A stretch of DNA of 61,528 nucleotides, filler included, from Choristocarpus tenellus KU-1152 (taxonomy: Eukaryota; Protista; Phaeophyceae), in NCBI GenBank assembly GCA_964200185.2. It is 6 parts of 6 records of this genome, joined end to end, with 100 filler letters (N's around TTAATTAATTAA, not from the genome) between each part and the next. Parts side by side here need not be neighbours in the genome. Positions count along the whole stretch, not along the records: positions 1 to 23,963 come from CAXNAD020000230.1; positions 24,064 to 32,384 come from CAXNAD020004858.1; 4 more parts are not named here. One strand, 5' to 3'. The notes below the pieces were generated by a model. It saw only the letters and a program-made list of their open reading frames with translations, had not been told where the DNA came from and ran no database searches. The position numbers and the translations under genes were made by a program. Below, piece after piece: positions 12,501 through 24,439 of the stretch. Within the stretch, counting starts at the first letter, position 1, and each line of letters starts with the position of its first letter.

Positions 12501-15500
12501 TCCCACTGATTGCTTCTGCTGGTATTATCCAGATGGCGATGATTTCAGGTGCTTACGGCGATTCAGAGGTGAGTGGAAATTGGGTGACTGAATTAGATGT
12601 GTCGATGTGCAGGCCTGGAGGAGCTGTGGTCACCATTGCCTTGACTTACTTGTGAAATTGGGCTAGGACTTAAATGCTACAAGGTCATGTTGTTTATAGA
12701 GTATGAGTTTTATGTTGGAAGTGCTTGTTGTGAGGGAAATAGTACAATGTGTGATCAATAATGAGAGGAAGCATAGGCATGTTGATTTGAAGAATTGAAT
12801 TGTTGAAGCACATGTGATGTCCGAGGTTTGGTGGTGGTAGGTCATGTTATGTTATGGTATGTTATGTCATGTCATGTTAGCCATTTTTGTTTACCAGGAA
12901 GAATGACCTAGTCCTTGCCCTACCTGATGCACAGGGTTTGGATGGAGGATCAGATGCAGCGAATCTGCTAAGTTCCTCCCTTACTGGTGTAACCACAGTA
13001 ACAGCCTTCAACATGCAGCCCCGCCTTGCCAAGGAGTACGCTGATGCATCAGAGGTATTGACGAAGTAGTGTACATGGTGCTCCTCTCCCCCAGTCCCTT
13101 CCAAGCAACACACTCTTCCTCCCTTAGTTTACAACAATCCCTCCACAGCGCTACTATGATGTGCATGGCAATATTGCTATTCTGTCAGCACACTGAATTG
13201 TTCTGGAAGAAACGTATACAGTGGGCAGTCTGCTTTCTGCTTTGAGATTGCACTCAGCTAGCTACACATCATCTCCTTTTGTGTTTTGTGTTTTGTGTTT
13301 TGTGAAGGGATCTCTCACAGTCAGGCGTAAACGAGGCTTCATGGGGGGTGTGGCGTATGGTTTTTCTCAAGGGGTGATCTTCTGGGCCTTCTCCATCTTG
13401 TTCTGGTTTGGTTCTATCCTTGTGGATGATGGGACGGTGGAATATCGAAACTTCTTCACAGCAATGTTTGCTGTCATGTTCGGTGCCTTTGGGGTAGGCC
13501 AGGTATGCATCGCTTCCAACCTGTGCCTTCTGTTGTTGAGGTGGACACAGTTTGGTATGTGATCAGGTTGTCGGCGTCCATTGGTTCGTATGTGATGTCT
13601 TGGTAGGTCACTTGTCAACTTGGAGTTGGGTGTACCTACAAAGACCTTCTGAATATGGACCTGATTGATTACTTTGAGTGGATGTGTCTGTTGTGGTGCA
13701 TGACTGGACTAGTTTGAATTTTCGTCATGTGTGTGTGTATGACGGATATGGATGAGTGCTGATGTCCTCTTGAGGATGAACCTTTATTTTTGTTCCTTGA
13801 ATGCGGATGTATGTGGACATTTGAGTCTGTATGTTCTTTTTCACTTTTTGTTGTTGTGCTCTCCTGTGCTTCCCGCCCACAATAACATACGCACAATCTC
13901 TATCTCTGTGATGATGTATCTCTATGTGGTTGTATCTTTTGCAGATCAATATGGATGTGGGTGAGCAAGGAGAGGGAATCCAGGCTGCCGCACGAATTTT
14001 TGCCCTTGTTGGTGAGATACTAATGTAGAATATATGAAGGGTACATTGGGCTAGGCAGGCAGTATCATGGGGGGTTGTAAGTTAATGGTGTTGTTGCCTT
14101 CCTTGACCATCAAGGCGACTATCGTTCACTGGTAGTGTAGTGGTAGTGGTAGTGTCATGATATCATTGCAATCTTTTCAGTGGTAGTACACCATTCATTT
14201 TTTGGTCTACATGTCCTTGGTGTGCGTTTTTTTCCCATCTGAGGCAACATAACGCCTTGTTATGTACTAGCACTACATCCAACAAAGCATGGTCTAATTA
14301 GGAGGAGTCATAGATAGATACATAACACACCTAATACATACATACATAATGAATCGACAGTTCAAGCCTTTTCTCACAAAGCAATATGTGCCACTAAGTG
14401 GTGTTGCATGTGTAGAACTTCTTCTCCAACTTATTTCAATTTTTTTCTGCTTTGGTATGGGTTTGTTCCAGAGCGTAGTCTTGATGAACAGCTTGTTTTA
14501 CATTTCTTTCTTTTTTTTTGTCTGATGTCACTGACGTTCTATGTCGTTTTATTGTTATTGCAGATGAGCCGTTGGTGGTTGATCCCCTGTCTATTGAAGG
14601 AGCCACACCAGACAAGGTCACTGGTGCCCTTAACTTCAAGAACATCAAGTTTGCTTACCCCAACAGACCTGACGTTCAGGTGAATGAAAATGAACATGCA
14701 CAAGTTTGAAGGCGTTTATGGTGAGAAAACAGATGTGTGCAGCAAGTCCAAATTTGACACTTGTCAAACATGGGAAAAATGTTGCTGGTCGTAGGGTAGT
14801 GTACTCATGTGTAGGTACCAACAGTGCATGTACTTTTTTTTTTCCTACAGATCTATGGATCGGATAAATATCCAAAGGGTTTCAACCTTTCAGTGAATGC
14901 TGGAGAGGCGGTGGCATTGGTGGGTCCCTCTGGGTCTGGTAAAAGCACTGGCATGGCCCTTTTGTTGCGTTTCTATGATCCTGTGGAGGGATGTGTGGAG
15001 TTGGATGGAAGAGACATTCGTGAGATGAACGTCACTTGGCTCCGTAGTCAGGTAAGCTTATTCAGAATGGGCAAGGGATGAGGGCAACGTGTATAGAACT
15101 GTTGGGTGCTGCTTAGGGATAAGGGAAGCTGAGGATCGGTATGAGAGTTGGATGAAGAACAATCTTGTGTGGAATGAGGTGTACTTGTTGGGATGGTGTC
15201 ACTTGTTGATGGAGGATGATGATAGGGCTTACTTATTTGTTGAGGGCACTTAAACGGGTCGGGACTGTTCTGGTAGTAGTGTTGTTCTGGGTCAGTTTGG
15301 TATTTACATTAATTCTCTCTGTTGTTGCATCCACGGACTACACGCATGTACCCTCCCAAGATTAGGGAATGTTTTCTTTTTTTCTTTCCCAGGTCAAGAG
15401 ACTCTAACAAGTACATGCTGTCATTGTCAGTTGGGCGTATAACCTCTTAACCATTGTAGCATGAGTTTGTTTGTGTCTGTTGAATGAAGGCTGTTGTTTG

Positions 15501-18500
15501 CTTGTCTACTTTATGCCCCCTTGCGACTATTTTGGATTTTTGAAGTTTTGATTGTTTCTACAACATCTGATATGGGATACAAACGACTTGGACTGCTAAC
15601 ATCAATGTGAATGTTGGGCAATGTGCTATTCTCACGGAATCTACTCTGACTGCTTTGCCCTTTGTCCAACATATAATATAAATCACCTATCAGATCGGCT
15701 ATGTGGGTCAAGAGCCAGTGCTTTTCCAGGGAACTGTAAGGGGTGAGTCTATTTTTTTTTCAAACTGGGAAATGAAATCTTCACATAAAATTGTGTACGT
15801 TTTTTATAGCTGGAAGCAGTATCCACAGTGTGCTTTTTAATGGGCCATCGATGCCTCAGATGCCCTTCACCGATGTAGTCTCCTAGTGTGTTGATTGATA
15901 GTGTATTCAATCTGTTGTTATGCCCATCAGCTGAGAAGAGACCTATGTATTCTGCCTTGTTAAAAGTAGCGTAGGCGCAGGTAGTACCTAAGCAGTTCCC
16001 TTTGCCTGCAAAACACTTGTGTATGATGTTTGGAGTTCATGCTGCTAATGCGCTGTCCTCATTTTTTGTATTTCATACTCCAGTATTTCTAACTGGTGAT
16101 AGGAACACTTTTTGCTCCCTGGTGTAAATATTGTACTGCTTATTCTGTTGTTATTATCTAGATGGCGTTCTTCTCTTTATTTTTTTTGTCTTAGTGTGCC
16201 ATGTGCCAAAATCTGTATATATTCTTTGCTGGTTGTGTGGACTGTCTTCATACAGAGAATATTGCCAAGGGCAAGCCCAGTGCCAGTGAAGATGAGATCA
16301 TAGCTGCGGCAAAGGCCTCCAATGCACACAACTTTGTTATGGAATTCAAGGTAAGAATGAGGATGTTGACTGAGATGAACCCATTGCTCTAGCAACCCTT
16401 AAATGTTGATTGTGAGTGTATTTCAACTTTCATTCTTTTGTGGCCTTGTTGTCACCAGTTGATCTCTAGACATGAACAAACCTTGCTCTGATCCAGAATG
16501 ATGAGGTGAAGTCCATTGGCTGTAGTGGGCTTTACTACTGTCTAATCCTGCCTCTTGAAGATTTGGAGTTGTGGTTGCCTGAAGCAGTTTGTCTTCGGGT
16601 TGTGTGTGTTAGTGAACACTCAGTCTAGAAAAAGTTACATTGTTGAGAGCTATTGTCTTGTTGCCCTCATCACAGTAGGTTAACATATTTTTGCCTGATT
16701 GTGTCCTTGCTTGCTTAGTTGACCCCCTTGCCTTTCCAATTTTTGACCGTATGGCTTGTGTTAATACAGGAGGGATATGACACAGATGTGGGAGAGAAGA
16801 GTGCTCTCCTTTCTGGTGGTCAGAAGCAGGTACTACAATCTAACATGCTGACACACTGATATGCCTGGGCAGTCGAGTCTATGCACAAATATGCATACAT
16901 GAATACATACATTCACAATGGGTGTGTGACATGTTGCTGTGTTGAAGGAATTGGGCATGGGTAGGGGAAGAGATTGAGGGTAATGGCTTATGTTGTGGCT
17001 ATCCACGCAATGGATTGAGAAACGTAAGAAAGGTCTTGAATGTGCTTGGATTTATTATTGGTGGAGAATACCATTTTCTCTAGGTGAACAGGAACGGACA
17101 AGATTTGAGGGTGGCAGGGGGGACGGAGGGGCTAGGGGTACTACCATTGGGGAATGAGTCTGGTAGTCTGTGATACTTGTGCTAATAATGTTTTGCTGAC
17201 TTGTTGGTGCTTCTGAGCATGGAGGGTCGATAGATGGTAGGAGGTTCAAGACCAGATATCTCATGTGCACCCTCTCTGTTGTTTAGTCGGTGTACTGAAA
17301 TATAGGTTGTGTGTTGTGAAGTGCGATAAAGAAGAACACCTTAATCTTGACTTACCCCAGTCTTGGTCCTGACTGTGACGACAAATATATAGGGTAGAGT
17401 AGAACATCCACATCTTAAACGTTTTTGGAATCATAGAGGTTTACTGACTTGCATTGATCCCAGTGAACTACTCCGTGGAAGCTATGTCACAGTGCTCCTT
17501 GTTGCTTTGTTGTTTTTCGCCTCCAGCGCATTGCCATTGCCCGTGCTATCCTCAAGGACCCCCCTATCCTGTTGCTGGATGAGGCTACATCTGCCCTTGA
17601 CAATGAGAGCGAGAAGCAGGTGATTGGCTTCAATATATATATGTTATTCTGTTCATAGTCCAGTATTCAGTGTTTGGGAATGATCATTACATGCACCCTT
17701 CATTGTAGGGTTAGGTTTAGACTCTTAGATATGTATCTACCCACATAATTCTGTGTAGAATCCAGTTGAACTGCACTACAACTGTGCCTATTTCAAACTA
17801 AAATTTATTTCCTGCCTGACAATCCTGCATATCCCAAGTACACACGCAGATCTTTTTTTGCTTGAAGTAACTCGTTATTTGTACAACTTCGTGCTAAATT
17901 GTTTGTACAACCTTACTGTGTTTCCTCAACTCATAAATTCTGTAGGTTCAAGAAGCTCTGGACAACCTTCAGGCATTGAAGAAACGGACAACATTGACAG
18001 TGGCACATAGGCTCACAACAATCCGTGATTCAGACAAGATCGCCGTCCTGAATCAGGGTGGTGTCCAAGAGATAGGCACGCATGATGAGCTCTTGCTGAA
18101 GAAAGGATTATATGCAACGTGAGTCCACTGGGAAACTTGATTTGGTGAATGTCTAACCCAAAGTTGAACGAATGTTGAGGCAGAGGTAGGATAACCCTGT
18201 AGGTCTGTAATATATGTGTGAAGTATTTTGGTTGTGTTGCAAACTGATTCAAATTTGCACAAGAGGGTACAGAGAGTAGTGTTTGGGGCTGAGGAGGGTA
18301 GCTTAGGTAAGGAGAGTTTCCCGTTGTGCAGCCATTACTTGAAGTTATGGGGGGAGAAGTGGTGATGTGAATGTTCTTGGTCATGTGGATAGGTACAATG
18401 CGATGATGAGGTGGTGCATGTATTGGTATTGGTTATGTGAATTATTGTATCCTATGGTTGTATGTTAACAAAACGTTTCTGCACCTGCTGTGTCTTAGTT

Positions 18501-18895
18501 GAAAATATCTAATGCCAAGTGTTTATCTTTTCAGTGATAGCTAAATGGTCACTGTATTGTGCGTTCTCATCATCATTGCAGAACAGTTTTACTGTCGATT
18601 TGGACACTGGCAACCTCTTGACCCTGTAGAATGTGCTTGTGGTAGTCTGGTTATTACTCAAGTCTTTGGTGCATAGTCACATGATTAAATGGTACTTTTA
18701 AGTGTCAACTTTGCACACTAGCCTGCAACATTACCATCCCCTCAGTATTCCTGTCGATGCTTTACAACCTGCTGATTCCTCAATGTCTCCTTGCTCGTGT
18801 TTTCCAATGTCTTGGTGTTTGTTTTTTTTAACAACAGGCTGTGGGGCCAGCAGATGGACAAGCTTCAATCATCCATGCGCGATGCCGTAAAGTAG
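509..18895 (+). CDS. ABCB1: Full-size ABC transporter subfamily B (MDR/P-glycoprotein-like), 35 exons, 1291 aa
   Basis: Exons: 509-544, 1354-1449, 2019-2116, 2573-2765, 3256-3424, 4017-4186, 4577-4768, 5244-5321, 5579-5749, 6036-6146, 6314-6406, 6998-7046, 7397-7482, 7696-7764, 8310-8399, 8618-8701, 8964-9071, 9333-9399, 9999-10119, 10663-10780, 11238-11414, 11667-11750, 12110-12209, 12480-12568, 12935-13054, 13308-13502, 13945-14011, 14564-14679, 14851-15051, 15694-15742, 16256-16350, 16770-16829, 17527-17619, 17946-18118, 18838-18895. They sum to 3876 nt, in frame from ATG to TAG. TMD1 ([20 protein letters not shown]); NBD1 ([36 protein letters not shown]); TMD2 ([13 protein letters not shown]); NBD2 ([36 protein letters not shown]). 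The symbol denotes the family, not proven orthology; exons 1-2 are the least constrained. Confidence 0.95.
4467..4546. repeat. Intronic tandem repeat, 26-bp unit x3
   Basis: Three near-identical TGATGACACTTTT(G/T)CCTGTAA(G/A)CTAA copies in ABCB intron 6. Confidence 0.9.
12291..12420. repeat. Intronic tandem repeat, 39-bp unit x3.3
   Basis: ACTATTGGAAATATCTATTGGAACTAGTTATCTAAATTA repeated with a few substitutions in ABCB intron 23. Confidence 0.9.
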
Positions 18896-21399
18896 GCATT
18901 GAGAGGACACTGATGATTCTTGTAGTGTTGGCAGAATATTTTTGGTGTTGTCATGAAATGGTGTGGTATTCATACATACATATATACTATGTGCACTGCA
19001 TCACCCTTGATGGCCGTTAAAGAAGCTGCAACCTGCTGCAAATGTCATTCAGTTCAATAAGTGGGCAAGCAATGTTTTTGGATGACTATGTATATTAATC
19101 GATCAAGGAAAGTGGATCTTGGAGGGTAGGATAGGCTGAGCTGGGGAGAAAAGGTTAGTTCTCAGTTGGGCAGTGATGCTGGCACAATACTGGCAGGCAG
19201 AGTGAAGGAGAAAGGTCTGGTAAATGATGTAGTTGAGTCAATTTACCAACAGCTGTAAGGGACTATTTTTTGCAATGGTGAGAGTTACATCAGGGTTACA
19301 TCAGGAGTAGGCTTGATTGGAGATAGGTTTTGTTCAAATGGGAAGATATAGCACTGTGAGGTTTATTAAGCCACTCTTTCGTGTTTTTAGGTATTATTTT
19401 TATCTTTTTCTTGAGTTCTATATATGTAGTGCTACTAGTAGTAGGTGTATTGCATGTATTTGTAGTTCTGTATTTTTGTGTTTCTTGCACCATTTTTTAT
19501 TCAATATCAATACATGATCCTCCTATCAGCTTCTCATGATGGAGGAGAGGAGAACAGGGATGCAAACTATTTGGTATCTGGGTTGGACAAAATTGCAACC
19601 CCACCTGTTGGTGTGTGTTTTTTACTTGTACAATGAGCGCTGCATACAATGTCTGAGCAGAAGAACGGTTTTTAAGAAACCCAAACAATTCTCCATGTCA
19701 GATTGGAGATTGGTTAGGTGTTTGCATGCGCTGGGATTGTTGCACTGTTTTACAAATGATCATTGATGCATCTCTAAGCTGTTTATGCGGTCGACATTTT
19801 TTTGTGCATGCATGCCCCTACTTGCAGTTGATTAGTTGCTCATGGCGGCTCTGAATGAGTACTAATGATTTGTTACATGCAGTTGATAGTTTGGAGTAGG
19901 ACTGGTGAGGTTATTCCTACATTTCCCGTACACAATAAAGTGCTTTGAAGAATATACTACTCCTGCGGCCAAGGCCTTGTGTGCACCTGTTTTCAAGTAG
20001 TATGAAAGTGTATGTGTCGTACACTGCTCAAATATATATAGAATCAAGTATGCATTGCATAAATTGTACTACGGAGTATCATACTGCTTCCAGGAGTACA
20101 AGTATAAATATAAGGAGAAAGAGATCAAGAGGTCAACATGTGAATGTCACTCCTTAGGGTTACTGATGAGGAAGTGGTTTTAATTCGCCTGGATCTACAT
20201 GAAGTACACTAGGGTCAAAACGAGATGCAATGATATGCTTATTCTAGAGTCCATGTAGGTCTACACATGCTGTACTTGTTATTTCATTTATTTCCAATTA
20301 CCAAACATGTAGACTTTTTTCTTCCTCTCAAAACGTTTCACTCTTAAATTCTTATTCCCTGGCTACGTAATCACAGTAGAGGTCTTGCAGTAGTAGCTAG
20401 GTGTCGATGTACACTTGGTCTGACACATGTACTGAAATACTAGTAGTAGTACCATGACACTTCAAGCAAATTTGTGTCCTTGAAACGTCGTGATCAAAAC
20501 GTACCTCATTGACACATACATTTATGTATCATACAGGTGCATTCACACCACCCACCTGTCCAAAAGAACACCTTGCGTCAAAAACATACAAAATAACATA
20601 ATATCACCTCAACGACACTCCACTCATAGATATTGTTTGACTCGGGTCTGACATGCCACCCAAAGAGAGTTGAAACAATATCAAAATAGAAGCAGAGGAC
20701 GGAGCTTCCTTTGTGTTTTTTGTTATTATTTTTGCTTTTGATTTCGTGATCCCATACATACATGGAAGAAATGGAATTTGTGGTCCATCTGCTTCTAGTT
20801 ACGTTTTCTATTTCAATCACCAGTTTTTCTGTGAGTGACAGCACTGGGCATAGATGCAATGGTCCTTATAGTAGTGGTGGTGGTGTATGACGCAACAAAT
20901 ATTCATGTATTCAATGCTGAGGCGTTGCCTAAGCATTATGGGGAATAGGGAGCCTACTACTTGGACGAATGGTTGTAACTTTTGCAGAGATCCAAGGGAG
21001 TTAGGGTTAGGGTTTCAGTTGGAAGGAACCATTAGTGAAGGTACGCTAGCCTGCAAGAGTTTGGTGTCAGTCACAGCGTAACAAGTAGCAGTCCTAGGTG
21101 TGTCATACGACTTCAACTATGATGTGGGCTAGACGGGACTCGACTAACTTGTGGGATTCTTTCCTGCTTCTAGACCGCCTTCATGACAACAGTAGAGTCT
21201 GTATTGCTTACAGGAAAGAAAGTCCATTGGATATAGCAAGGAGTTGTGTACGATTTTTGAAATACGAATAAAAGAATTTACTGCTACTATGCACAATACT
21301 TCGAGTAAAAGTAAATAAGATCAATATATATATATATATTAAAAATGAAAAACAAAACTGGAGATGGTTGACCCAATGGAATTGGATGCTACATCTCCA

Positions 21400-22100
21400 A
21401 GGGATCACAAAATAAATCAATTATGTAGGGTGGAGGGGGTGAATGTTGAAGTCGAAGGATTGGTATTTTAGTTTTCATCAGAAGATATGTTGGGTCCAAT
21501 GCAGAGGAACACATGATACCCTCCATGTAGTACCTGTATTGTGATGTAATTACTTGGGTGGAGAGGGTTGAGTATTTGGAAAATGAAGTTGAAGCAATGG
21601 TTGGGCATAGTACCCTGGAGGGGCGTGCATTTAGGCCAGATTGTCCATTCAGAGTTTGATAAGGTGCAAGATACCCGAGTTCGATGCCCTTTTTGTGGGA
21701 AATGTTTCTTCGAATTTGGTGCGAGTCAGGGGATGGAAAAGTAAGGTGTGTTCGGATGAAAATTTTCCCTACATCTGACACGTTTGTTCAGATGACATAG
21801 AAATCAAAATAGCGTCACAGAGGCCCTCGATAGACGCTTGACCTTCCCTTTACGATGCTTTGGGTCGTTCGATTGGCAGTCTTCATCCTCATATGTGCTG
21901 TGTTGTTGACGCAGGGATGTTAAGCCTGATACAATATTGCGCAGTTGTAGAATTTGCAGGTGGTTGCAGCAAGCGGGAAACAACACACCAGAAGTCGATA
22001 TTCAAAACGTGAATCATTTGTTGACCTGATATGTAAACAGGGGAGAATTTCGTCTTTAGTTCATTCGATACCAACAAAAGGGGAGGATGCAAGCATGAAG
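21400..22100 (-). mobile_element. Highly decayed Ty1/copia-like integrase remnant
   Basis: Minus-strand fragments in integrase-core order, across frames: IHVLNIDFW (cf. IHxDxWGP), KRVRC.. / SDVGKIF (cf. KRVRSDNGGEF), KGIELGYLAPYQTLNGQS (cf. GIxHExTAPYxPQQNG), PTYLL (cf. TAxYLxNR). No LTRs seen. Confidence 0.35.
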
Positions 22101-23834
22101 CAAACACTGCTCTTCTTCTTGTAACCATCATAATCACTACGGAAGTTGTTGGGAACTATGACTTGACCATGGCCAGAAGAAATGAGATTCTGCAAAGGTG
22201 GGCACAAGAAGAGTTAATGAGCTTCAGCTACATCCTACATCCCCTTTCCCGAATTGCTACGATGAATTCTCACGCGTTGCATACGGTTGGTAACCTCGCA
22301 ACCTGTTAAGATTGGACACATGATTTGTCCCCATGTTTATAGAAACGATTATAATTATGAACTAAATTTATATATGCTGGCACTTGACTTTCTTGTGCTC
22401 CCCTCGTTGATTGTATGCTAATAAAATAAATTGAGCAAACGTCCTTTTTCACTTACTTGCTACACTCAACAATCATTGCTACGAAATGAAATGATATTTT
22501 GTGCGAATTTTTTTTTTAATGTTTCAAAATAATGTATACAATAATTTCTACTCCAACCAACACAGGATAATAAGCACTCTTCCCAAACTATAAATCTCCA
22601 GCAGGGAATCCATCGAGAGATGGAGTATGTCTTGTTATAGCAATATTTGTCCGTAAGTGTCATTTACAAATTTGCCAACTTTTCTATTATCTTCTTGTAT
22701 CATTCATGTACCTGATTTTTTATCACTCTTTCAATTTGTTGATTATGTTGCGCAAATACCTCCTTCAACATATAACTGATTATGGGTTATGTCCGAGTCT
22801 GTTGCGACTTTTAGGTACTGAGAAAATACACAAGGTTTCTCATTCAGATTGGTCTGGCTATAATTTGACTAAAATTTTCAGTTGGTGATGGCAATATCGT
22901 AGCATAGATTATATGTAATCCTTGCAGTTTTCTTGTTTTCAAATTCACAACCATTTTGGTGTTTTCGGACATAATTATTTCGAAGAAACACGTACTCTAG
23001 TACAAGTTCGTTATACTCTTTGTGTTTCTTCCTTTCCCCTACATAACATCGACAAAGAATCAAACAGAACGTCTTAAAAATATATAAGTAGGACAACTAC
23101 AATAATAATAGTTGAAAATCGAGAATACGGGCATATATATGGTACAATTCTACTTCAGGTACGTAATATGTGTTGAAACCTGAATTGAATGCGTGCTTTC
23201 GTGTGCAATGGCTAGTTTGAGATCAGTGGGTGCCGTGGTGCCGCAAAGCACCGGTGAATGTATTCTGTTGAAACTGAAGTCACGACTTGCTCACTCAGAA
23301 GATTTATGATATGGTTTCGAGGTTCTTCCTTGGTACATTCAAAGGAAGAAATGCATGCACTCTAAGAAGAGGCTTGTTACCATGGCGAACAAGGGTTTCT
23401 GTGGATGTTTTAACTCAGACTACATGTCATCCAAGTGTGCATCAGGTATACTTAACGCAGAGTGAGCTTGGTGTGTTATGAAAGGGTAATGCCAACCAAG
23501 AAAACAATAAAAATTGATGTACAACTGGAGTCTTCTGCTTTTAAGAAGAAAGGGAAAAACAAAAAACAAAGAACAACAGATCAAACTTTAATCAATATCT
23601 GATGTAACTCAAGTGACACATATTATACCTGTGTGTGTGATAGGTAGCGACTGCCTTGTGCTTCCTATCCACTGCGGTGTTCTGAAGATAATTGATGGTG
23701 TTGTGATGATGGGCTAGTGATTCAAGTGAAAGTAATGACCAGTACAGCGGACCAATCAACAGTCAGTATGGACTGGTGGCACTGTGTCGTATAAAGAAAA
23801 AACAAATGAGTACCTATGATTTATCAATATATAT

Positions 23835-23850
23835 TACTCCCTCTGCCCCG
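23835..23850 (+). mobile_element. Mariner/Stowaway-type terminal inverted repeat end (TA-CTCCCTCTG)
   Basis: TACTCCCTCTGCCCCG, nearly identical to the terminus at 32566 of the mariner remnant; the partner end is not seen and the contig breaks about 115 bp later. Confidence 0.5.
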
Positions 23851-23963
23851 TAAGTCTGGGCCGTGAAGTTGTAACTCTCAAATCTCCTACGATTACAAAG
23901 TGAGAGTTTATGAAGTAAACTAAGTTTTGTGGGCGGGAGAATTCTGGTTGACTGGGGGCACAG

Positions 23964-24063
23964 NNNNNNNNNNNNNNNNNNNNNNNNNNNNNNNNNNNNN
24001 NNNNNNNTTAATTAATTAANNNNNNNNNNNNNNNNNNNNNNNNNNNNNNNNNNNNNNNNNNNN
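23964..24063. other. Artificial contig spacer / assembly gap 1
   Basis: 44 N + TTAATTAATTAA (stops in all six frames) + 44 N. Confidence 0.98.
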
Positions 24064-24439
24064 AATAGAAGCGAAACAGCAGGAAAAAAGAAGAAAAGGA
24101 GGGGGGGGGGGGGGGGGGGCGGGGGCGATGCACAGTTGCAGGGAATCAGGAAGACTGCAACGGAAAACAAACGGTAGGGTCTCTCCAGAGTGTCAAGGGC
24201 ATGTATGCCGATGCTCCCAGAAAACTCAAAACCAAAAACCATACACAACTCCCAACAATACTACTGTCTCCCACCATCGACCGCTTCTCTCTTACACCTC
24301 CAAGCAAAACAGGAACATGCCACCACGGTCCACTCTCTACAACTCCCTCATCATACCGAGCAAAAGAAAATCATCTTCCTCCTCCGTCTCCTCTTCAGTA
24401 CACCACACTTCCACAATATATCCCCTTTCTTCCCTCCTC

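Noticed and set aside
16498-16582. Intronic C/D-box snoRNA (ATGATGA...CTGA)
   Set aside because: No terminal stem or recognisable rRNA guide; these short boxes are common in TG-rich introns.
24008-24019. TTAATTAATTAA as a recurring biological motif or att site
   Set aside because: Always centred in exactly 44+44 N; it is an artificial six-frame stop linker.
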